From Peribolospora baueri (lineage: Eukaryota): a DNA stretch of 64,000 nucleotides. A program made the position numbers and the translations under genes. The stretch lies in NCBI GenBank assembly GCA_029717555.1, contig JAMDHS010000099.1, positions 1 to 64,000 on the forward strand. The letters are read 5' to 3'. The notes under the pieces are model-generated. The model saw only the letters and a program-made list of their open reading frames with translations, did no database searches and had not been told where the DNA came from. This document shows, in pieces, positions 50,195 to 61,882 of this stretch (position 1 is its first letter; each line of letters opens with the position of its first letter).

Positions 50195-50863
50195 TGATTA
50201 CCTGTCTAGTCTCGGATTGGAGTCTCGATCTTCTCTAGCTTTTCGGATACGGCATTCCTTCCTTTGCTTTCTCGGCGAATTGCCCTTCCCAGTAGCCATA
50301 CCCTTCCATTCGAGCCAGCCACACACTATCATTCTGCGCCCTACGGAAATCATATCAATTTAATCTCTTGTTCGATTGGCACCTACGTTGCCACATCGTT
50401 TTGACGACCGTGGACCAGTAAAGGCAGTCAGTGCCGTACTGGTTGCGGGGAAGCGTGGCCATGCTGAAGGCGGGTAGTATGCGTGCTTTCCTTCTCTGAC
50501 GTCTTGCGGCCATCTCTCCCTCTCTTCTTCTTCTTCCTGTTTCCCTCGCTGTCTTATCTCACCTCCGCAAATGTTTGTCCGCTTATTTTTAACCTCTCCA
50601 TGACCATCGCCATCGTGACCATAGTACTATAACCACAAACCCGACCCCAGTCGCGTTTGCGTTACCCAAGACGGCAGGTCTGCGACGCCGCAGAATAGCT
50701 GGAGGAAAGAAAAAGATGGGTTCATGTGATATCCATTCAAGAAAATGCCCGCGAGGGGACGCCTACGTAGCGACGCAATAAGACAGGCCATATCACGTCC
50801 GCTTGCTTGATCGATGAGCTCTCGATGACGATCGAGGAGGTCGAGTCCAGTGGACGACAGATG

Positions 50864-53242
50864 CTAACTATCGACGGCGGCGGCGGCTTGCGCTTCTTTT
50901 CTCCCCTCACTCGCCTCGACGGACGACGGCAAGGGCGGACTCGGTCCGCCGGGTCCATCTTTCTCCTTCTCCGCTCCCGCCCTCGCCTGCATCTGACCGC
51001 CCGTCCGCTCCTCCCCTTTCCCTCCCGTCTCCTTCTCCACCCGCTCCAACCTCTCCTCCCCCTCCTCCCTTTCCTCCCGCTCTTCCCTTTCCTTCTCCCT
51101 TTCCTCCTCCTCCCTTTCCCTCTCTTTCTCCTTCTCCCTCTCCCTCTTCTCCCTCTCCTCCTTTTCCCGAATCTCCTCCGCCGTCAGGAACCGCCCGCTG
51201 GGTCCTCGCGGACGACGCATCGCGTGGGCGTGCCGGCTCTCGTGCAGGTACGTCTTACCCGGCAATTTTCCTGGCACACCGCCGCCGCCTCCTCCCGTCC
51301 CCATCCCCGTCCCCATCCCCGGTCCCATCGCGCTCGAGCCTCCTCCACCCGAGCCGCCCACCACACCTCCCGCACCCCCGGCTGTGAACCCGTTCCCACC
51401 ACCAACGCCGGCGAGCGCGCCACCGAGACAGGCCAAGAGCGCCTCGGGCACCTCTTCCCCGTTCCTCCTCAGCCTCTCCGCCTCGTCCCGCCGCCGCTCC
51501 TCCGCCCGGGCCTTGGCGGCACGCCGCTTAAGGATGCGGTGATACTGCTTCGCGTTCACGTACAGCGGCTCGTCCTCGGTTCGCTGCTGCGAGGCGAGCG
51601 GGCTGGGCAGAGACGCGGCCGGCGCCGGGCCGGGGGCGGAAGAGGCGGACGGGAGATCACCGAAGGAGACCGTTGCGTCGGCGATCAGTCCGTCGCCTCC
51701 TCCTCCACCGGAAGACGGCAAGGAAAAAGAAGACCTCCCGTCCCCGCCGTCACCTTCTGACCCCTCCTCGCCGAATGCTGCTGGCCACCCCTCTTCGCCC
51801 TCGTCCGCCGACGCTCTCCTCCCGCTGCCGGCGGTCCCATTCGGCCCAAGCTCGCCAGGCTTCTTGTGCTTCTTCGCCTTCCCTCCTCGAGCCTTTGTCT
51901 TCCTCCCCGCTGCCTCTCCCGCTTCCCCACTTCCTTGCTCGGACACGACGTTCCCTTCCATCACTCCCTCACCATACTCATGTCCCTCTCCCTCCGCCGC
52001 TCCAAGGAGCTGCTGACCGGAAGCCAGTCTGCCGGGAGAGAGGACGGATTGACCAAGGTCGTCGATGACGGAGCCGGAGGCGGGCCCTCTGCGTTTCCTC
52101 TTCTTTGAAGTCGCACCCGATGCGGCACCAGTGAAGCCTTGTGCAGGAGCAGCACCGGCAGCAAGGGCAGGCGAGGCAGACGCAGAGGAAGCACCAGAAC
52201 CGCTGCTGGCGGTGTGGACGGCTTGGCCCGCGCCTGCGGGATATGTGCCGGCCATTGCCGCCGCCGCCGCCGCCGCTGCAGCTGCCGCGGCGGCAGTGTT
52301 CATGGCCGTGGCGGAAGGGTCAACGAAAGAAGTTGTGGAGGACTGCGGTGCTGGCGGGCCGGCGCCGGCTGGATGGAAGGAGTCGTCGGTCAGCGCCGCA
52401 GTTAGCGGACCGCCAGCACCGGGGGACGGTTGGGCAGTGGTGGGTGGAGCAGCGACGTGTCGGTGGTGAGGGTGAGGGTGGTGCTGGGAGGCCTGAAAAG
52501 CAGCCTGCCACTGTGCCTGTGCCTGCGCCTGTGCATGAGCATGTGCCTGAGCCTCGAGCTGCTGCTGTTGTGAGAACTGCGGGTGCGGGGAGAATCCTTG
52601 AGGGGCGGGGGCGACGGACGCGCCTGAGCTCGGGTGTCGAGCGTGCTCAGGGGTGTAGGCGGTGGGGGCAAACGGGTTGATATGCGTGTATGCCTGGAAA
52701 TAGATCAGGCGAAGAAATGTAAATGGTGGAAAGGGAGTGAGCGTGATGAGGATGGCAAGCGAGATGGACGAATCAGCGCGGCTTCCATGATAGCATCGTG
52801 GGTCACGGCAGCTCACCTGTGGACCCATATGTTGAGTATATGAGGCTTGCCGTGGCGTCACCTCCCCAACGGCCGCCGTTCCTCCTGGTCCGACAACATG
52901 TGCATCGCCGCCGCCGGCATGAGGATGCTGGTGATGCTGCTGCTGTTGTTGTTGGTGTTGTTGTTGTTGCTGCTGCTGCTGCGTAGCGGTGAGGTGCTGC
53001 TGTGAGGAAGAGGAGTAATGCGCCAAGGAGGGATTGTGGTAGAGGGCAGGCGGATAGTGAAGGGGCTGGTCGGCGTGGCGGGGGAAAGCTTGTTGGTCGT
53101 GGTGATGAGCGAGGGGGGGTGGAGCCGAGGTGGACAAGGGGTGAGGTTGGGCTAAGTAGGGCTGACCAAGGACAATGGGGTCGTAGCTCGCTGCAGACCC
53201 TCCGCCAGCACTGGGTTGCTGGGGTTGATGAGGGTGTTGCAT
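50864..53242 (-). CDS. HAP2: CCAAT-binding factor subunit Hap2/HapB (NF-YA); start codon uncertain
   Basis: Q/H-rich N-terminus, EPLYVNAKQYHRILKRR (A1 helix) and YLHESRHAHAMRRPRGPSGRFLT (DNA-binding A2). One likely intron at about 52697-52817. Confidence 0.9.
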   Translation of the reverse strand: MQHPHQPQQPSAGGGSAASYDPIVLGQPYLAQPHPLSTSAPPPLAHHHDQQAFPRHADQPLHYPPALYHNPSLAHYSSSSQQHLTATQQQQQQQQHQQQQQQHHQHPHAGGGDAHVVGPGGTAAVGEVTPRQASYTQHMGPQVSCRDPRCYHGSRADSSISLAILITLTPFPPFTFLRLIYFQAYTHINPFAPTAYTPEHARHPSSGASVAPAPQGFSPHPQFSQQQQLEAQAHAHAQAQAQAQWQAAFQASQHHPHPHHRHVAAPPTTAQPSPGAGGPLTAALTDDSFHPAGAGPPAPQSSTTSFVDPSATAMNTAAAAAAAAAAAAAMAGTYPAGAGQAVHTASSGSGASSASASPALAAGAAPAQGFTGAASGATSKKRKRRGPASGSVIDDLGQSVLSPGRLASGQQLLGAAEGEGHEYGEGVMEGNVVSEQGSGEAGEAAGRKTKARGGKAKKHKKPGELGPNGTAGSGRRASADEGEEGWPAAFGEEGSEGDGGDGRSSFSLPSSGGGGGDGLIADATVSFGDLPSASSAPGPAPAASLPSPLASQQRTEDEPLYVNAKQYHRILKRRAAKARAEERRRDEAERLRRNGEEVPEALLACLGGALAGVGGGNGFTAGGAGGVVGGSGGGGSSAMGPGMGTGMGTGGGGGGVPGKLPGKTYLHESRHAHAMRRPRGPSGRFLTAEEIREKEEREKREREKEKEREREEEEREKEREEREEREEGEERLERVEKETGGKGEERTGGQMQARAGAEKEKDGPGGPSPPLPSSVEASEGRKEAQAAAAVDS

Positions 53243-54022
53243 GGCGGAGAGGCCGAGGTGCTGCCCGCCTACGCCAGGCACGCGCGCATGCACACGACTG
53301 ACGTTGCAGACCTGCCCTTCCGCGGTGGCGCAGCGAAATAGAGCAAGACAACCAATATGAGCATTACAGTAGGGAAGGCAGACAAGGCGAGGAAGAAGGG
53401 GGAAGGGGAAGGAATCTTCGTGCTGTTCAGTTGACTCACCTCTCTGTCTTTTTCTCACCTCCACGTGCCGCCGACGTCGAAGGCCGGTGAAGGAGTGAAG
53501 AAGGCGAAGCGAGAAAAATGAAAGAAGGATTGTGCCTAACTAAAGTGGACTGGGGCAAGGTGAGAGGGGCGGAAGAAGCGGTGGTCTGGTCGTCGTCGCG
53601 TTGAAGGTGAAGGCGAGCGGCAGACAGCGTTGGTCGTCGTTGTTGCTTCCCTTCAGCAGCCGGAGCAGCGACCAGGGGCACTCAAGCCTGCTTCGTCGTC
53701 AAGAGAGACGCACCCGCTCGTCTCCGCCGTCAGCCCTTGTCCTTCGTTCCGTTTCGCTGTGAGCTCTTTGCCAATGACGCTCGAGTCGAAATGGTGTTCC
53801 GAAGAAATGACGCTGGCGTCAGGAAGATGTGACCCGCGGACGATGATCGATTTAAGGCCAAGACTTTCGTGAACGCGGAGATGGGCGCGCGGGAGCGGGG
53901 TTTTGGCCACACCACCTTATCGGCCAGCTGCGGAGATGAACTCGTGTGCGAGAGCCTGGCTTGAGGCACCTATAGGTGGCCGCGAACCGCTCAGACGGCT
54001 CGTCTCCATCTCCAATTCCGCC

Positions 54023-57000
54023 ATGGGCAGCGCAGATCAGCAGCCAAACATCCCATGTCCATCACCCATTGGGCGGAGAGTCAACGCGGCCATCGCCGAG
54101 CGGGACTTGGACACTCTCAGGGCTCTCAGCGCCGCCCCTGGCGGGTTCGGTCTCGACGCCGAGGTGAGGGCCAGGGCTTGGTGAGTTGGCGTCCAAGACG
54201 AGGCGAGTGCAGCGCAAAGGTTCAAACAGGGAAGGAAATAGCGAAGCTTAATGCACATACTTTTTTTTCTTCTTTACAGGCACTTTCTACTCCACCTGCC
54301 CCCTCCCCTTTCTTTGCACGTACGGCCCACCTTGGAAGCAGACGACGTTGACATCCCACCAGTAGCCGGCTTTTCCATCGCAAGTCTTCCCCATGAATCC
54401 CAATCTCCAGACGGAACCGAGGATGAGCTCGGGGAAGCCGCCTTTAAGCGAAATCGGAAGACTGAGCAGGTCAGCGACGCGCTGGCAGACGTGGACAAGG
54501 AGACACAATGCGAGGAGCCACAGATGCCGAACGAGCGGCCGACGTATTCCCGCTCGTCGAGCAAGCACGACCAACTCCGACGCTCCCTCGACGATGACCC
54601 AACTACATACGCCACCATCCTCCCACCCTCTCTCGCTCGCCTACCGCCTCACAGGGACGAAGCGCAGGTCAAGCTGGACGTGGATCGCAGCTTTTTCGGC
54701 GTCGGTAGGGAAGAGGAGACGGAAGAGGAGGGTTTGGAAGAAGAGGCAGAGGATGGCGATACAGCTGCGTGTTCAGGGACCGCGTCGTCCATTTCGGATT
54801 CAAGAAGCGTGAGCAAGGAGGAAGAAGGAGGCGACGCCCGGGGCAGCCCATCATCATCGTCCAACCTCTCATCGCCTTCACCGCATCCAGCCGGGGTCCG
54901 TCAAGCGCGACGACGAAGCAGCGAGAAGAGGAAGCAAAAAGCAGAGGAGGAGCGTGCGGTGAGGAGGGAACAGCTGTACGCCATCATCGTGGGCGTGCTT
55001 AGACGGAGGTCTGCGCTTAGTTATTTTCAGGTGAGGCAGTAAGGAGACATCGATTGGAAGGGAGACGCGAAGAGACGACTTCATTGTCGCTTCGCATCGT
55101 GATTCACTTTTCTGCGTTGAGTCGCGGGAATGGTGTGGGGGAGGCATAACGGAAATTCTTCCGCCGGATAGTTCAGTCCGGCCCTCTGCTCCGCTCACAC
55201 TGCCTCTTGCTTGCTGTCTACTCGCAACGTTTATGGACGTCATGTACACGCAGGGTTACCATGACATCGTGTCAGTTCTCTTGCTGGCGTTATACCCCTA
55301 CACCTCCCTTCCACCGTCATCGTCATCGCCGCCATCACCCGCAGATCCCCATCCAACGTTCCTTGCCACTCCGGCCGCCAACGGCCAGATCCACTTCGAT
55401 CCCTCCCATCACCGCCTCCATCGCCGACAGGAAGCACTAGCCCGCGTCCTTCCTGCCGCCGAGCGCCTCTCGCTCCACTTTGTGAGGGACAGCATGGGCG
55501 CAGGCTTGGACCCCGTCCTGGGACAGTTGAAGTGGGTGTTTCCCGTTTATCGACACTCAGATTCGCGATGCCTCAAATGTTCGTGCCGGGCCCTGGTCTG
55601 GGCGCGGAGTTGAGTGCTTAGTCCCCCTTTGCTAATCGCTTTCTCGTCTTTTCCCCTCCCGCCAATGCAGGCTTGTAAGAAACGTGCTCCGGCTTGCGGA
55701 CCCCGACCTGGCGTCCTTGGTGGAACTGTGAGCCGACGTCCCCGGTCTCTTATTTCTGCCGTCCTCGTCCGTCGGTACGGCGTTTAGTATCTTCTTCCTG
55801 TCGATCCCTTTGTTGACAATATGGCCCTTCGCGTCCCGATCGCAGTTCCTCTCCGCTACCTTACTTCGCTCTCTCCTGGGTGCTCACCCTGCTCTCGCAC
55901 GACCTCCCCTCTTCCCCTTCTCCTTGCGCCTCCGCCCCTCCATCATGCGCCTCATCGCCGTCTAACGCCACATGGACCCAGAACCAAAGGAAAGAGGCAA
56001 GCCGGGAAGGAGTAGAGGCTTCTTCCGCTGCGGAGGGGAAGACGAGCCCACCTCGGGTCGTCGAGAGGCTGTTCGACTTCTTCCTCGCTTGGGGCCCCGC
56101 GAGCGTCCTCTATTTCTGTGTGGCTGTGAGTGTTGTCTCGCACCGTTGCGAACATGCTGTGGCCGCTGCTCATCTCGTCCTCGTCCTTTTCACCTCCTCG
56201 CCTTACGTCATCACCGCCGGCCTTCCCTACCATGCTCTCACGCATCTCTGCTCCCTTCTACAGCTCATCCTGGCCAAGAAGCGCGAGCTAGACGTGCTCG
56301 ATCGGGACGGGTCGGACGACGCTGCGTTGTTGCACAACGCGCTCGGAAAGATGCCAAGGATCGTATTGGACTACGAAGCTGGGGCGGAGGTGCGCGGTGA
56401 TGAAGGACAGCCAGAGGGGTCGTGTGGGAGAGGTAAGGGAGGAGGGAAAGGCGAGGAACACGGCCCGGAACACGTGAATGAAGGCTCGAAAGATGATGCG
56501 GTGGGACGAGATGGGAGGAAAGGAGAGGATGAAGAGCAGCGTGAAGAGGAGCAGAGCGCGGTGTCGGCCCTGTATTCCGACCCGGACGTCTACCCTCCCT
56601 CCTCCCCTCTTCCCTCGTCCTTCCTCTCGACCCGCGCCTCCACCCTCTCGAACCACGACGACTCCTCCGCCCCTTCTCTTCCCGACGCTCCCTTCTCCAT
56701 CCCACTCTGCATGCTCTTCGCTTCCGCCCTCGAGCTTCGCCGACGCTTCCCGTTGGACTCGGAAGAGGTGGGCGGTAGGAAGGTCATGGGCCCCAAGAGC
56801 GTACTATGGGGCTGGGAGGAGATCGAGCGGTCGTCACTCTCACTGGACGAAGAGATTGGAGGCGGCGGGGACAGGGCAGGTGATGGATCGGCGGTGGAGA
56901 GGATGGAGCTGGGGACGGGGAAACAAGGCGGACGGGAGGAGGCGGCGGCGGGGGATTGCCGGGGCGTGTCTCGACTAAGCGCCATAGACTGGAGCGAACT

Positions 57001-57409
57001 GGACGCGTCGGCGGAACGCACGGTGGGCGAGACATTTTCCATGGTCCTCGATCCATACCCTACCCCGCCTCCTTCGCCGCCGCCTCCGCTCGACGACGAC
57101 GAGGAGGAGCCCGAGAAAGCGCGTCGCGTAAGGGACAAGCGAAAGAAGCGATCTCGCGCTGCCTCCTCCTCTCGCGATGAGTCGATCGACCGCGCTGCTC
57201 GCGTCGTCCGATGGACGGCGATCGTCGTTGGCGTAGCCAGCGTCGGTATGGCACTGTACGCGCACAGCTACGCCTCGAACGGCGCTGGCGGAGGCGGGGA
57301 CGCCAGTGCCGGGTTCGGTACGGAGGCAGCTAGGAGGGCTTGGAAGGTCTTAGGCGCTTGGGCGGGCGTCGGGGCGGCGATGACGAGAATGACGGACGTC
57401 GCCGGTTGA
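54023..57409 (+). CDS. Rab GAP, TBC1D20/Gyp8-like, with a C-terminal transmembrane segment; multi-exon
   Basis: GGFG...VRARAW, HRDEAQVKLDVDRSF (R finger), LSYFQ|GYHDIVSVLLL (Q finger), PYFALSWVLTLLSHD, RLFDFFLA and TM WTAIVVGVASVGMALY. Confidence 0.87.
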
Positions 57410-57617
57410 ACGAAACTAGCTAGCTAGCTGATCGCGAGCGAGGTTCGTGGTGTGCTTCGCATCGATCGCTCTTCCACCGCGATGCACAGGAGTTAGACCG
57501 TGATCCTTGCTTTTTCGAGCTCAGGTCCGGGGCGGTCTTCTAAAGAATGTACTAGTACGCGGAAGGGAGAGGAGAGTAATCGTTCGCATCAGGCCCCCTC
57601 TGGCTGATTCCGCATCG

Positions 57618-58968
57618 TCAATGCTGCATATCGACCCTGCCGCCCTTCGTCCACTCCCTCGCCGCCTGGTCAATGTTCTTCCAGTACCTCAGCTTGATGG
57701 CCAGCTCCCTCGCCAGGTCGAGGTTGGGAGGGGTGGAGGAGAAGGCAGAGGACAGGTCGGCGATGGCGTTGGAGATATTTTCTGAAAAAGACAATGGGAT
57801 GTAATGAGACAGAGGGAGCGGAGAAAGAGGAACCAGGTGCGCAAATGGGCATGGGCCACGTTCGGCTCCGATCCAGTGCCAACTTGAGCGAGAGAGAGAA
57901 AGACGAAAGGCCTACCTCGGTTCTCGGCGCGTATGGCGGCAGCCTCCTGCTCATCCTGTGCGTCCTCGAGACGCTCACGGAGTTCCATGACCTCCATGAG
58001 CAACGTCGGGTCGGAGAGCGACTCGGACTCGGATACGGGCGCTTGAGATTCGGAGAGCTGGCGGGAGAAGGAGAGCAAGCGAAAGAAAAAAGGGGGAGAG
58101 AGAGAAACAGAGAAAGAGATGGTGAGCGAGAAAGCAAGACAGGGAAGGGTTCGGGAATGGGCAGAGAGGATGGAAGGCAGACGGACAATATACAGCGCTC
58201 GCTCCAGGGGGTCCTCGAGCGTCCGATATGCTTTGTTGACTAGCGAAGACTGTTGGGCCGCTATACTCTGTTCTTTCTGAGGGGGGCATGAACGGCACGA
58301 AGAAGGGGAGGGTCAGCGGGCCGATGTATTTGTCGTCCAGATACCCTTCCAGGATGCCTCCTTCCTCCACAGACATAGGTTCCCGTCCGAGCGGCGCTCA
58401 CCTCGCTCTTGCCAGCCATCAAATCGGGATGAGTGCCCCTCATGAGCCGCCTCCACTTTGCCTGCAAATCCTTCACGTCCACGTCGAACCGGACGTGCTG
58501 CCTGTCCAGGCCGAACAAGTCGAAATAGTCGACTGAGGAGGGAATGGGCTGGATTGCCTTGCAGCTTGGAGCGGAGCAGTGGGTCGCAGCAAGGGGGAGC
58601 GAGGTGGAGCAGGCCCAGCAGGCCTTTTGCTGGGGGCGAGCATCAGCGGTGGAGTAGTGGCGACAAAGAGAGGAGGCAGTGGAGGTGGGGGCGACGTGGA
58701 CGAGAGACGGTGCGCGGACGGACGACGAGAAGGAGAGTGCAAGCGTAGGGCGAGACGGCCTCGCTGGCCTTGATCGTGGAGCTGGGGTGATGCTGTGACT
58801 CGTCGGCGCTGCGCTGCGTGTCGCAGTTAGCGGAAGGAGGGGAGGGATGGACGGATGTGAGCGAGTGGCAGCCGGTGTTGGCGGAGCGTGTGATCGGAGA
58901 GAACGGGAGGTGGCCAGCGTCTGGCGCCGAATTGAAGCGCGGACGAGGTGAGCTGGGGAAAAGGTCAT
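57618..58968 (-). CDS. JAC1: Fe-S cluster co-chaperone Jac1/HscB (J-domain), mitochondrial; multi-exon
   Basis: R/S-rich presequence, CWAC..C...C, DYFDLFGL, THPD, SSLVNKAYRTLEDPLERALY, DPTLLMEVMELRERLE and KLRYWKNI. Confidence 0.92.
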
Positions 58969-59131
58969 GTATGTGAGCGTGTGCGAGTGGAATGAGGAGG
59001 CGGCATGAATAATGACAAGCCAAGCGTCGTCGTCGTCTTCGTCGTCGTCGTCGTCGGACGAAGGAAGAAGTTTGGAACGCCGGTCGGGAAGATTGCGCGG
59101 ACTGATCGCGATCAGATGCAATCGCGGAGAG

Positions 59132-61320
59132 ATGCAAGAGGACGAGGACGAGGACGACGGAGACGGAGACGACGACGACGATGATCAGCACACACAACGC
59201 CTAACGCCATCCATCAACACCGCCCACGAGCAAGACCGAGAGCGAGCGAGTGTGGGAAAGGCCTCTCACGGCTCTCATGAACGGCAAGCTCACCGCCCGG
59301 AGGCTCGTCACCATCGTCGGTCTCATCGTAGGTGCCGAGCTCAAGGGCGACAGCGACAAGGCCCACTACCTGGGTGAGCGACGGCAAGCTCGTCGCCTCG
59401 TCTCGTAACGTATGCTCATCGTGAACTCTTACTTGTTTTGTTTCGGGCTGCCAGTCGACGACGGCACCGCCGTCATCTCTTGCCTGCATTCTCTTCGAAA
59501 ACCGGCCCGGTTCGCTGAGCCCAAGACGTCTCACGGTCCCTACCCTTCGACGTCCGCGGCCGGCGCCCACACTCACCATGTCGACGTCATCCAAGTGGGC
59601 CAGCTCGTCCGCGTCGCTGGCCAGGTCCAGGAACGTTGGGCCCGGAGGGAGGTGGTCGTGGAGGAGATCGGTGAGCCGCTTTCGTCGACATGTTACAAGC
59701 TTTCTCTGACGACGACCACTCTTCCTCCCCGCTGCAGAGCCGCTGTCGGACGCCAACAAGGAGCACGAGCACTGGACGAGCGTCTTCGAGGCCAGATCTC
59801 TACGTCGCTCTTTACCCAGCCGACGATCTACTCCATTGGCGACGGATATCGCGAGCGTGCTGCATGGCTCTTGGCGCGACGTCGACGTCGACGATGACCG
59901 TGACGACGAGCATTCGATCGCATCCTCGAGCCGATCCTCTTGCGCTTCGTCCGATGTCGACGTCGACTCGGCCGTCTCCGCTCTCCCCAGTCCTTCACAA
60001 CTGAAGCGCAAGCATCTCACCCCCGACCGGTTCCTCTTTTACCTCAAAGCGCACATCTACCGAGCTTCAGGCCGCCCCGAGGGCAGAGAAGGCGTGCGTA
60101 GTGCGCTCGTAGAGGAAGTATGCGACGATGACCGAACGCCCGTCGTTTCTCGCGTACTTCGATTTCGCACCGGCGACGACGCCGGCCATGATGGCGCTCC
60201 CTCGACGGCACGCCACCAACACGCCCCGCCGTCCTTTGCGAGCCTTTGCGAGGACCTCGACCGACCACCGCCGGTCATCCCACTCCGCTCTCTCCGCAGG
60301 GAACCAACGCTCCGCCAGCTCGCCCGTCGCGTCGTTCGACGCATGCTGGAGGACGACGACAAAGATCATCGCGCTCGCTCGCTCACCACCCCGCTCCGCG
60401 CCCGAGAGAGGAAGCGGGCCCGGACGAACGCTGGTAGGACGACGACGGCGACCGAGCGTACGGATCTCTCCCTCGCCACCAACGGCGCTGACGCCTTCCG
60501 GCTGCGCGCGCGCATCGACGACGACCCCGCACGCGCTGGCGGCGGCACAGGCAGGCGTACCCACGAGCCAAACCGCCGCGAGCGGTCGTTCGCGGAGGCG
60601 AGACGGTTGTTCGCGTGGGCCATACGCTCGCTCTCCCGAGACGGTTTCGTCGTCCTCGCTCCCCACCCCGTCCCCCGCTCGATGGCGGCGAGCGAACAAG
60701 GACAGACGAGGGGCGTCCATCCACTCGTTCGAAGCGCGAGAACCAAGTCGGTGGTGGCCGCTCCTGTCGTCGTTCTACCCTCCACCTCTTGCTTTTCCTC
60801 CACATCGTATTCCCCGCCACCGTCTCATCGGCCTCGCTCGTCCTCGTCCTCCGACGTCTCCCCTTCCGACACCTCGGTCCGCACCTCGTCCGCGTACCGA
60901 TCCGGAGCGCGCAAGCGCGTGCGGTCCGAATCAGACGGAGAAGAGTGGGAAAGGGGTGTGGAGGAAGAGGCGTTCCAGCTCGTCACGCCCTCCCTCCTCC
61001 GACCCGTGCTGCTCCGCGTCGTGTCGCAAGAGTTCCAGAGGCTCCTGAGAGAGGCGGCGCGGAAAGGGTTGAAGAGGTCTCAGAAGCCGCGAGGCGTGTC
61101 GACGGATCAAGTGGCTGCCGCCCTCAAGGCGGGAGATGAGAGATGGCGATGCGTGCCCAAGGCGTTGATCGAGGAGGTGAGAGCCGTCTGTCCGCAGAGG
61201 CCTTGTGCCGACTTCTTCGCTCATCTCCTTTTCGTCTCGGGTCGATGGCAGGCGCTGATGAAGATGGACAAGGCAGACGACCTCCAACAGATCGGTCGAG
61301 GCGTCTGGCAGATCGTCTGA
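59132..61320 (+). CDS. OB-fold protein, probable CST complex subunit Stn1; start uncertain
   Basis: RLVTIVGLIVG...HYL|VDDGTAVISC...IQVGQLVRVAGQVQERWARREVVVEEI|...NKEHEHW is an RPA2/Stn1-type OB fold. The long C-terminal region ends in a winged-helix-like segment. Confidence 0.65.
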
Positions 61321-61882
61321 TTGACCGTCGACTCGACACCCAGCGCCGCCCCTCTTCTCTTCCCGTTCTTGCCGGCTTTCGTAACCCTCGCGGTCCGAAC
61401 GATTTTGTCTGTTAAGGCATGCCCGCCTATCCCGCTCGCTTCTTTCGACCTTCTCTCGTGCGCATGTATGTATTCTATGGTCGTTCCCCGCGCAATCCGT
61501 ATACCGGCCGTCGCCGCTGCTCGCGAGGCCATCCATCCATCCATCCATCCATCCTTCGCCCCACGCACCATGCACCGGTCAGCGAGCGGTCCGAGCGGAA
61601 GAGAAAGAACAAAAAAGAAATGCGCCGTCGTTCACATCGAACCCTGCCGTTCTCGTCCTTCCGACTGGCCGGCCGGCCGCGTCCCTCCTCGCGCTTCAAA
61701 CGGGCGTATAGCACGGCGATGCATACGTACGTACGTGCGAAGCAAAGAGACGGCACGATGCCCGAGTTGAGTCGAGCCATTTCATTACATACACGACGAG
61801 CGGCGCGGTGTCCAAACGGACCGCACCGCGCGCAACGTCGACGCGGACGGGGTGGGGTGGGGTGCGGGGGAGTCCATCTACC

